Positions 16,107 through 23,479 of a stretch of DNA of 24,000 nucleotides are shown here, one piece after another (positions within the stretch are counted from its first letter, which is position 1; the number at the start of each line of letters is the position of its first letter). Origin of the DNA: an uncultured Candidatus Saccharibacteria bacterium. GTDB taxonomy: Bacteria > Patescibacteriota > Saccharimonadia > Saccharimonadales > Saccharimonadaceae. Below the pieces are notes generated by a model. The model did not search any database. It was not told where the DNA came from and saw only the letters and a program-made list of their open reading frames with translations. The position numbers were made by a program, and so were the translations under genes. Where the stretch lies: the NCBI GenBank assembly GCA_938036785.1, contig CALHWE010000011.1, positions 1 through 24,000 on the forward strand, in the 5' to 3' direction.

Positions 16107-16724
16107 AGTTGTTTATACTCCGCACTATGATTTTGGTTAACGGCATTGGCTCCTTTCTGCCGATTCCTCCCTGCTGCGTGCTTTGTGGCGCGTGGCAGCG
16201 TGGTAGTAAGTAATCGTATCATTTGCATTATAGCATAAAACCAGCGCCTGCAAAGCTATTTTTGGCCTTATTTTCGTATTATTTTCCCCATATGTACCCC
16301 TGTCGTACCAGTGTTAGCTATCTGGACGATAATTATATATTTTTCGCAAGCATTTTGGCTCTAATTACGCACTTCTCCGCCTTCACCAGCAAGATTTTAT
16401 TGCTCTGCCTGCCTCTATCGCTACACGTGGGCCGAGGTAAAATATAAACCACAAATAGATATAGATAAGCCCAGCTCTTGCATACGGAGGCTAAACAACT
16501 AGTGCTGAATAAAATAGCACACAGAGGCACACGCGAGGCCTCCTGAGGTTTTTAGGTATAGATTCTCCCCACTCACGCACTTCCTAAATACTGAGAGCTA
16601 CCAAAGCCAGATGATTGATACACCGTTATTATTCGCTCCTCCAACTGCTCGCTATGTGGCCATGGCAAAACAAAATCGCCCAAGGCATCTACCTCGGACG
16701 ATCTTGTATGTTGCGCTGCAGAAC
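16107..16724. other. ORF-free tract C between rpsG and the 247-aa gene (about 0.6 kb)
   Basis: Only short junk ORFs. Line 16261-16320 counts A10 C15 G9 T26, the same C>G direction as tracts A and B but weaker. Confidence 0.7.
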
Positions 16725-17204
16725 TTAGCCGCGAGCAAAGTGGGCAAAGGCACGGTTGGCCTCGGCCATTTTGTGGGTGTCTTCCTTTTTCTTGAAGGCG
16801 ACACCAGTTTGGTTGCACGCATCAACGATCTCTGTTGCCAGACGCTTGCTATATGGCATACCACTCTTCGATCGGGCAGCCTGCACTAGCCACATAAAAG
16901 CAAAGTGCTGCTGACGATGACCCTGGATAGGGAATGGAATCTGGTAGTTAGCACCACCAACGCGGCGGCTCTTCACCTCAAAGCTAGGACTGATGTTCTT
17001 GATGCAAGTCTCAAACACTTCTAGTGGGTCCTCACTCTTGAGGCTTCGTGCAGCTTGTTCGAGCGCACTATAGACGGCCCGCTCAGCAACCTGCTTTTTG
17101 CCGTCTAGCATCGATTTGTTAATCAAGCGCTGCACCAGCACCGACTGGTACTTGCGGTCTGGCTTGATGGTGCGCTGGAGTTTTTTCGTGACTTTACGAG
17201 GCAT
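16725..17204 (-). CDS. rpsG: 30S ribosomal protein S7
   Basis: MPRKVTKKLQRTIKPDRKYQSVLVQRLINKSMLDGKKQVAERAVY... is canonical S7. The AAGGAGGG Shine-Dalgarno sequence lies inside the end of rpsL, and the start is 2 nt after the rpsL stop. Confidence 0.95.
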   Translation of the reverse strand: MPRKVTKKLQRTIKPDRKYQSVLVQRLINKSMLDGKKQVAERAVYSALEQAARSLKSEDPLEVFETCIKNISPSFEVKSRRVGGANYQIPFPIQGHRQQHFAFMWLVQAARSKSGMPYSKRLATEIVDACNQTGVAFKKKEDTHKMAEANRAFAHFARG

Positions 17205-17206
17205 GG

Positions 17207-17620
17207 TTAGTTACCCTCCTTCTTGGCGCCGTACTTGCTGCGGCCTTGCTTACGCTTCGATACCCCTTGTAGGTCGAGCGCGCCACGGACGATGTGGTAG
17301 CGCACACCCGGGAGATCCGGCACACGGCCACCACGGACGAGCACCACCGCGTGCTCCTGCAGGTTGTGGCCTTCGCCGCCAATGTATGCCCAGACTTCGT
17401 GGCCGTTAGTGAGGCGGACACGAGCCACCTTGCGCATAGCGGAGTTTGGCTTCTTGGGGGTCTTGGTCGTTACCTTGACGCAGACGCCACGCTTGAGCGG
17501 TGCATTTTGGTCGTAGTAGCGCACCTTGAGTGCGTTGTGGATGCGCCCCAGCGCTGGCGACTTCGACTTCCGAGCCGCAGTCTTGCGTGGCTTGCGCACC
17601 AATTGGTTGATGGTTGGCAT
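17207..17620 (-). CDS. rpsL: 30S ribosomal protein S12
   Basis: From the ATG at 17620: [24 protein letters not shown]...[20 protein letters not shown] is canonical S12. AAGGAG lies 7 nt upstream. The track ORF starts 14 codons earlier with no support. Confidence 0.95.
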   Translation of the reverse strand: MPTINQLVRKPRKTAARKSKSPALGRIHNALKVRYYDQNAPLKRGVCVKVTTKTPKKPNSAMRKVARVRLTNGHEVWAYIGGEGHNLQEHAVVLVRGGRVPDLPGVRYHIVRGALDLQGVSKRKQGRSKYGAKKEGN

Positions 17621-17832
17621 GCAATTCTCCTTATTGCTTATTGTTCGGCTTCTATCGCTCACCCCACTGGTTGGATCAGTAGTGCGACCATAGAAGTACC
17701 TGCTACTGGGCTCATAGCCCAGCGTTTATGTGTACGATTATGGAGCAGCACCTCCGCCTCGTGTCTATACCTTCTCCGCCAGGTAGCGCACTCACACCAG
17801 CGCCCCACCCCGAGAAGAGGAAACTCGTGGGT

Positions 17833-17862
17833 ATTATAGCACAGATAATTATGTTGAATCAA
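17833..17862 (-). promoter_or_regulatory. Sigma70-type promoter of rpsL-rpsG, implying a 5' leader of about 200 nt
   Basis: Minus strand reads TTGATT (17862-17857), an 18-nt spacer, then TATAAT (17838-17833). The leader at 17621-17826 is GC-rich and includes a perfect 7-bp hairpin CTGGGCT-atg-AGCCCAG (17706-17722). Confidence 0.55.
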
Positions 17863-17952
17863 TTGCGCGCGCGTGATACAATACTAAATGTTAACGTACC
17901 ATGATGTACAATTAACTCAAGAAGCGTCTCTTATGGGCGCTTTTTGCGTATC

Positions 17953-18450
17953 TTAGAGTCGTTTATATGATCGATTGTACCGTCTCTGCATATCTTTCTT
18001 GCAATAGCTACGATTTAGTGTATACGCAGTCACCATAATTCCCGCTACTGGCCTTGTTTTACTACGCATCCGTCGCAATATTACAACAAAATCTATATCT
18101 GCAAGCCATAAATACAATGTATCCCCTTTTGGGTGCTTGTCCCAAAAAGCCCTTACTTCTGGTTCTTTATAGTTCTCTAGTATTGCACGCACCCAAGGAA
18201 GCCGCGTCGCTCTATCATAGTCAATCTTTCGAAGCTTCTTACCGCATGTAATAATGTGAGTAAAACCCTTTGGGTAAAAACCTCCCCAGGATGGATCGGG
18301 GTGTGAATTTGTATAAACAGGTAATCCATCAACAATCGGTGGTGTTGTCTTAAGAAAATCATGCTCATACACAGCAAACAATTTTTTTATATCAGCCTCA
18401 TATGAATTACTAGAGAGCTCTAACTCTAGCGGTAGCCATTCTGGTATCAT
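17953..18450 (-). CDS. Hypothetical basic protein (165 aa), translationally coupled to the DUF3800 gene
   Basis: The ATG at 18450-18448 shares one nucleotide with the upstream stop (TGATG). The track ORF uses an upstream TTG at 18468. GC is low. The C-terminus is very basic (KKDMQRRYNRSYKRL). I recognise no family. Confidence 0.6.
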   Translation of the reverse strand: MIPEWLPLELELSSNSYEADIKKLFAVYEHDFLKTTPPIVDGLPVYTNSHPDPSWGGFYPKGFTHIITCGKKLRKIDYDRATRLPWVRAILENYKEPEVRAFWDKHPKGDTLYLWLADIDFVVILRRMRSKTRPVAGIMVTAYTLNRSYCKKDMQRRYNRSYKRL

Positions 18451-19172
18451 CACTCGCGCGGTTCCCAAAAGAATAAATTGAACTTTTCAGTGCTAGGCGG
18501 TGTACCACTTGTCAGCTCTTGCTGAGTAATTTTTTTTAGAAATGCTACTAACTCCTTTTTTGCTTCTGATTTCTGTTGGTTACTTGGTTTATTTGCATAC
18601 ATTACTGCACCAGTCACAAGGTCGGCCAATTGTAAACCTATCACCTCATGTGAACACAATGGTTGTGCTGTAAAATCTTTATCTTGGAACTTCGCTGTAT
18701 TTCTCAAGTATCTTGCTAACTCATGTGACCTATGCCCAGACCAGGTATCTTTATAGTCTAAAAATAACCGCAAACTGTGCGTAGATGTACTCTTTTCAGC
18801 AATATTACGCACCAAGTAGTATTGCATTTTATAATAAAAATCATCGCTTGTCTCGTTGTGAGCTTCATAATTAACCTTATTTTTATCAATCACTACTGCT
18901 CTGTAGCTGACTTGATCAGTTTGGTGCAACAACAATAACAAATCTTTATAGTATTCAATTTTTGATGGGCTCACCTTAGTCCACTTAATCTCACGGTGTG
19001 AAGATATCTTATGTTTCTTTTTAATACACTTAACTTCTCTAAGGAGCATTGGCAGCTGTTTAGTATTTAGCCAAACTGCACCAAGAAGCATCTTGCCAGA
19101 GCCATGCCCAATGTGACAAGATTCATCAATATAGACATATGTAGAATATTCTTGATTGTGTATATTTCTCAT
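18450..19172 (-). CDS. DUF3800-family protein (240 aa)
   Basis: N-terminal STYVYIDESCHIG matches the family's hhh-D-E-S-G-like motif. C-terminal VIGLQLADLVTGAV matches its LQ-x-A-D motif. GC is low, about 35-40% in two counted lines. Confidence 0.7.
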   Translation of the reverse strand: MRNIHNQEYSTYVYIDESCHIGHGSGKMLLGAVWLNTKQLPMLLREVKCIKKKHKISSHREIKWTKVSPSKIEYYKDLLLLLHQTDQVSYRAVVIDKNKVNYEAHNETSDDFYYKMQYYLVRNIAEKSTSTHSLRLFLDYKDTWSGHRSHELARYLRNTAKFQDKDFTAQPLCSHEVIGLQLADLVTGAVMYANKPSNQQKSEAKKELVAFLKKITQQELTSGTPPSTEKFNLFFWEPRE

Positions 19173-19180
19173 ATACTTTC

Positions 19181-19186
19181 ATTATA
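19181..19186 (-). promoter_or_regulatory. -10 box TATAAT, 8 nt upstream of the DUF3800 ATG (leaderless)
   Basis: Minus strand reads TATAAT-GAAAGTAT-ATG(19172). Confidence 0.45.
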
Positions 19187-19325
19187 AATACACTTACAAG
19201 CATTGCCAATAGTAGCACAACTATGTAGTGTCGTTAGTGTAATGCCCGTAATACTCTGAAGAAATGAATTTAAGTCTATAAGCCCTCCCTGCTTCCACCA
19301 TTACTACAGCAGTAATCAGCGAATG

Positions 19326-19334
19326 TGTTACACT
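19326..19334 (+). promoter_or_regulatory. Extended -10 promoter TGTTACACT, 7 nt upstream of the transporter ATG (leaderless)
   Basis: Sequence reads TGT-TACACT-CATTATT-ATG(19342). Confidence 0.45.
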
Positions 19335-19341
19335 CATTATT

Positions 19342-20514
19342 ATGAAACAAACTATTGAAAAGGTAGGCTTGCTGAGCCTGTCGCTTATACTTACGTCGTC
19401 TGCTGCCATTGCTCCGGCCATTCCGGCAATGAAGGCATTTTATCACCAGTTTTCGAGTACACAGGTAGAGCTAATCTTGTCTATTCCGTCGCTGTTTGTC
19501 ATCGTGACGCTGCTGGCTAATCATGCAATTCGCCGCGTGCTGTCGGAGCGACACATCATTATTATCAGCCTCATTCTCATTCCGTTGGCTGGTGTAGTGC
19601 CATTTTTTGTTCAGGAGTATTGGTTAGTGCTGGCTTCGCGCGCAGCCTTTGGTGTTGGGACGGGGCTCATCAACGCGGTTGCTATCACCATCCTCAGTGA
19701 TTATTACAGTGGCCGAGAGCATGCGCAAGTACTGGGTTGGCGCGTCTCTGCCGAAATCATTGGCTGCGCGCTGCTCACCCTGCTGGCTGGGCAGTTGATC
19801 AAAATTAGCTGGATGCACGCCTTCTTGATTTATACAGCCGGGCTCGCCATCCTTGCTATCTTCCTCACCTGCGCCCCACGGCAACAACCACGTATGCCCA
19901 CCAAGCCTACCAAGGCAGAGGATGCTTCGCCAACCGCTCATTCGCTGAGCCGCCAGCAGCTTGGCACCGTCATTGGGCTAACACTGTGCGGAGTATGGTT
20001 TGTCTGCATCGATACATCGCTGGCACTGCGCCTGCCTGAAATCACTATTGCAGCGGGTTTTGGCTCGGCCACAGACGCAAGCATCATCCTCAGCCTCAAG
20101 CAAATCATGGGGATCATCGCTGGTGCAGTATTTGTCTATGCCGTGAGTCGGTACAAGCAGCGGCTCTTGGCATTGTCTGCTCTGCTAATTGGTATCATTT
20201 TGTTTGGCTTGTCGCTATCGCCAACGATCTGGCTGCTTGGCCTTTCGTCCTTTGGGGTTGGCTTCGTCTATAGCATTATTCTCTCAACGATATTCCACCG
20301 ATTGTCAGACGAAGTCTCCGCACAATCGCGCAGCACAGCCACAGCAATTGTCCTCGTTGGGTGCAATCTCGGTGGTGGCAGCGCACCATATGTTTTGCAG
20401 CTGTTTTCGTGGTTGGGCGCTCGAGGGCTGGCAGTCTTCGCTTGGTTTGGAGTGTTGTCTATGTTGATTGGCGCAAGTCTCTGGTTCTTTCACCGCTACA
20501 CACGTAGCCGATAA
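19342..20514 (+). CDS. MFS-like multi-pass membrane transporter (390 aa)
   Basis: About 12 hydrophobic segments split by a central hydrophilic loop (PRQQPRMPTKPTKAEDASPTAHS). The segment AAFGVGTGLINAVAITILSDYYSGREHAQVLGW resembles the MFS TM4-TM5 region. The substrate is unknown. Confidence 0.65.
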   Translation: MKQTIEKVGLLSLSLILTSSAAIAPAIPAMKAFYHQFSSTQVELILSIPSLFVIVTLLANHAIRRVLSERHIIIISLILIPLAGVVPFFVQEYWLVLASRAAFGVGTGLINAVAITILSDYYSGREHAQVLGWRVSAEIIGCALLTLLAGQLIKISWMHAFLIYTAGLAILAIFLTCAPRQQPRMPTKPTKAEDASPTAHSLSRQQLGTVIGLTLCGVWFVCIDTSLALRLPEITIAAGFGSATDASIILSLKQIMGIIAGAVFVYAVSRYKQRLLALSALLIGIILFGLSLSPTIWLLGLSSFGVGFVYSIILSTIFHRLSDEVSAQSRSTATAIVLVGCNLGGGSAPYVLQLFSWLGARGLAVFAWFGVLSMLIGASLWFFHRYTRSR

Positions 20515-20692
20515 CTTTTGAATCTGAGAGCCTACTTTTCAATAGCAAACTCCTCTATAATATATTCTTTCACTCTGATCCAAATACTGAACATTCTCAA
20601 AATATATTCATAATCATCGCGATGTGGAGAAAAACGCAAGGCGCGACATTATGCCACATTTGGGATGAACAACTTCTGTCATCTCCGCCTCA

Positions 20693-20701
20693 TGCTATAC
20701 T
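20693..20701 (+). promoter_or_regulatory. Extended -10 promoter TGCTATACT, 6 nt upstream of the pheA ATG (leaderless)
   Basis: Sequence reads TGCTATACT-AATTGC-ATG(20708). Confidence 0.55.
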
Positions 20702-20707
20702 AATTGC

Positions 20708-21514
20708 ATGCATATTGCCATCCAAGGTCAGGCGGGGTCGTTTCATGAGCAGGCGGCGCAGCAGTGGTTTGGGCCGCAGGTCAATACCGTACCATGCACG
20801 ACGTTTCGCGATGTTTTCCATGCGCACGCGACTGGTCAAGCCGAAGGTATCGTTGTGGCGGTGGAAAACACACTCTACGGAACAATCAACGAGCCGTACC
20901 ACTACCTCGAGACATGCCCGCTACCCATCATTGGTGAGGTACGTCTTGCCATTGAGCAGATGCTCATTACACTACCTGGCGCTCGCCTAGCTGATATTAC
21001 CGAGGTGTATTCGCACCCCGTCGCACTTGCGCAGTGCCAACGCTTTCTTGCTACCGAGCTGCCGCATGCGGTGCAGAATGAATTTTTCGATACAGCAGGG
21101 GCGGTTGCCTACATCAAAGCAATTGGCGACCCACACAAAGCCGCCATCGCTGGCCATGCGGCTGCTACCCTCCATCATCTGCCCATCCTGCGCCGTAGCA
21201 TCCAAGATAGCCACGACAACATCACCCGCTTCATCGTCCTCGCACCAGGCCACGCACCAGCCCATGCCAACCGTGCCACGCTCGTCGTCACGACCAATCA
21301 CCAGCCTGGTGCACTACTTGAGGTATTACACGTCTTCGCCGCAGCAGACATCGATATCAGTAGCCTGCAGTCTCAACCAATCGTCGGCCAGCCCTGGCAA
21401 TACAAATTCTTTCTCGTCGTCGACAGCGCTGGTGCTCCACTCAAGCACGCCCTGCGTACCATTGAGCAAAGCGACCATACTGTGCGGCTACTGGGTGAGT
21501 ATTGTGCGGGGTGA
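20708..21514 (+). CDS. pheA: Prephenate dehydratase (PDT domain plus C-terminal ACT domain)
   Basis: IAIQGQAGSFHEQAA opens the PDT domain. DNITRFIVL is the TRF motif. ATLVVTTNHQPGALLEVLHVFAAADIDISSLQSQPI is an ACT regulatory domain. There is no chorismate mutase domain. Confidence 0.88.
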   Translation: MHIAIQGQAGSFHEQAAQQWFGPQVNTVPCTTFRDVFHAHATGQAEGIVVAVENTLYGTINEPYHYLETCPLPIIGEVRLAIEQMLITLPGARLADITEVYSHPVALAQCQRFLATELPHAVQNEFFDTAGAVAYIKAIGDPHKAAIAGHAAATLHHLPILRRSIQDSHDNITRFIVLAPGHAPAHANRATLVVTTNHQPGALLEVLHVFAAADIDISSLQSQPIVGQPWQYKFFLVVDSAGAPLKHALRTIEQSDHTVRLLGEYCAG

Positions 21515-21567
21515 TACATATAACCATGCTTATCTCCAGCGCACAAGAATATATTTAGATTGAGCCA

Positions 21568-23346
21568 CTAGAGCAATTCATCATCATCTTGAAGGGTCGA
21601 AAGATATTCTTCAGCTGTTGACCGGTCAAGGCCTCCAGCGATAAGTCCTCTACCATAGTACTTGAGCCACCAAGTAGGAAAAGTATCAAGCAAGCAGCGT
21701 GTCATTTGGCGGTTATCGTTGTTGATGTGCGCCAATGTATTAAGGTTATCAAGAATGGTTTTTCTCTCCATATATTCAAGGTCAGACTGCACGACGTCGT
21801 GCATAATGCGCTGCCGTGTTGCATCATCACACGGTAGCTCACCTACTGTATTAGTCATATACTGGAGCCAATTGTCAAAGTCTCGTTGATCCAGGATTTG
21901 CTCTGGGATCTTCGGCTCACTGTGGCAACCAATCGGGTCATTGCGTATCACTTTCAAGAGGCCATTCGTATACTCAGCATCAGCCCCTGCTGCAATGAGC
22001 CGATCTGCTATAGCGTTGCCATCATCAACCACTCGATAAGGATATGGATACTGACAAACAAATCGACGATCCAGTATCGTTATAACCTCTACACCTTGCT
22101 GATACAAATGCCTGGCACGCATGGCAGTCTTATTATTGTTAAGGTATTTATCATAATCCATTATGTTGATAAGATCGTGGCGGCTTTCATCACTCAGTCG
22201 GTCAATTCTATCAACGAAATAATTTTTACTCATATTCCATACACAATCTCCTTCGTCGGCATAGGCTATTGTCCAGTACAACTCATCATAGCCAATCATC
22301 TCTGCAATTCGGTCAAAGTCTCCCACATAATCGCGCCCCTCTAGCAGCTGACTAGCTCGCGGATCAACATCCAAACCAAAGCCTTCAATTCTCTCATTCA
22401 ACCACAAGAATTCTAGGTCTTCTGTCGTCAGCTCTTCACCTGCGTGCACCCGTCGCTCCATGTCTGTGAGGCGTCTCGTATTTTCCCCACCATCATTGGT
22501 GTAGTTGGGGCTATGTTGGCTAGCAATTCGCTCGTACTTCGTCCACGAGCTGGTCGTTGCTTGGTATGCCTCTTGTTTCGTCTCATTATAAGCGCTATCA
22601 GCAAGAGCCGCAGCATAGAGCGCAGCAAAGTCCCCCCTGCCTAGCAGTGGTGCCAGCTGGTCGTCCACTTCACGCTCACCACGAATCACTCCATGGTCGA
22701 TAGCATCATACACCTGCGCCAGCGCCTCAGCATTGAGCTCCGGCCAAGGTGCAGTAGTCGAGCCAGTACGCTCCTTGAATTCTCCCTTGGCTTTGTCGTA
22801 CTCGCCCATCGTCTTGAGCGATTCCCAGACATATACTTTAAACCAGTCTGGATATACATGCTCATTCTCATCGCTGCGTAGATATGTTGACCACTGCGTG
22901 AGGCTCTCAGCTTGGTCAACTTGGACGGTATCCACCAGACGCTGCTTTTCTTCTAGGCTTAGCACTACCTCACCTTGGCCACGCTTGCGGGCAATCCGCT
23001 CTTGCAGCGCAAAATACGCTTCTGGCACCGCCTCTTCTTTAATAAGTAAATCAGCAATCTCCTCTTGCGCGAACCGAGCGTCTGGGTGTGTAATGCTGCA
23101 GTAGCCACTCTCCAGCACCGCCGCTATCTTGGCTTCGTGATTACCCAGCCTGCGATGGGTTGGCTGGTGAACGTGGTGGTTATGCTCATTGTGCGTGTCA
23201 TCACTACGATGAGCTGGCTGCTCATGTGTGATTATTCTCGCGATGCGCAGTGCTCCGTCGCCAAGGTTGTGATGGAACATACCAAGGAGTTTCTCTCCAG
23301 TTGGTGATGATGCAATAAATTGTTCTGGTGATTTTGGCTTTGGCAT
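21568..23346 (-). CDS. Hypothetical protein (592 aa) with a His-rich N-terminal segment
   Basis: Clean ORF. TATAAT (23386-23381) lies 34 nt upstream of the ATG. The N-terminus contains HEQPAHRSDDTHNEHNHHVHQPTHRRLGNHE. The remainder is acidic and predicted soluble. I recognise no family. Confidence 0.65.
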   Translation of the reverse strand: MPKPKSPEQFIASSPTGEKLLGMFHHNLGDGALRIARIITHEQPAHRSDDTHNEHNHHVHQPTHRRLGNHEAKIAAVLESGYCSITHPDARFAQEEIADLLIKEEAVPEAYFALQERIARKRGQGEVVLSLEEKQRLVDTVQVDQAESLTQWSTYLRSDENEHVYPDWFKVYVWESLKTMGEYDKAKGEFKERTGSTTAPWPELNAEALAQVYDAIDHGVIRGEREVDDQLAPLLGRGDFAALYAAALADSAYNETKQEAYQATTSSWTKYERIASQHSPNYTNDGGENTRRLTDMERRVHAGEELTTEDLEFLWLNERIEGFGLDVDPRASQLLEGRDYVGDFDRIAEMIGYDELYWTIAYADEGDCVWNMSKNYFVDRIDRLSDESRHDLINIMDYDKYLNNNKTAMRARHLYQQGVEVITILDRRFVCQYPYPYRVVDDGNAIADRLIAAGADAEYTNGLLKVIRNDPIGCHSEPKIPEQILDQRDFDNWLQYMTNTVGELPCDDATRQRIMHDVVQSDLEYMERKTILDNLNTLAHINNDNRQMTRCLLDTFPTWWLKYYGRGLIAGGLDRSTAEEYLSTLQDDDELL

Positions 23347-23479
23347 AGATGATTCCCCGTGTATTACTGCAATAATTATGATTATACCATCGCCTATGAT
23401 GCAAGTAAAATTCAGCCGAGACTCTCCGTTCTCACCTTTTAAGACTCACCGTAAATCTGCATGCACACCGCCCGCTGCC

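Noticed and set aside
8985-16724. CRISPR array or tandem repeat as an explanation for the gene-free tracts
   Set aside because: I could find no regularly spaced direct repeats. The TTTTGCA-type motifs are short and irregularly spaced, and the flanking sequences do not align.
16560-16724. Possible degraded fusA (EF-G) N-terminus downstream of rpsG (minus-strand frame reads ...FCHGHIASSWRSE**R...)
   Set aside because: The resemblance to the G1 region (AHIDAGKTT) is limited to two or three residues and is not explained by simple transition mutations. This is not convincing.
17923-17945. Hairpin AGCGTC-tcttatg-GGCGCT followed by TTTTT as the terminator of the 165-aa gene
   Set aside because: The stem with a following U-tract is only good on the + strand, where no upstream gene exists. 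On the gene (minus) strand it has an A-C mismatch and no U-tract. I left it unannotated.
19221-19421. 66-aa minus-strand ORF across the DUF3800/transporter divergent promoter region
   Set aside because: It overlaps the transporter start and both promoters, and has no initiation signals or recognisable sequence.
20622-20990. 122-aa ORF upstream of and overlapping pheA, considered as a possible leader peptide or attenuator
   Set aside because: It overlaps pheA out of frame and has no Phe-rich run. The pheA promoter lies 6 nt from the pheA ATG, leaving no room for an attenuator.
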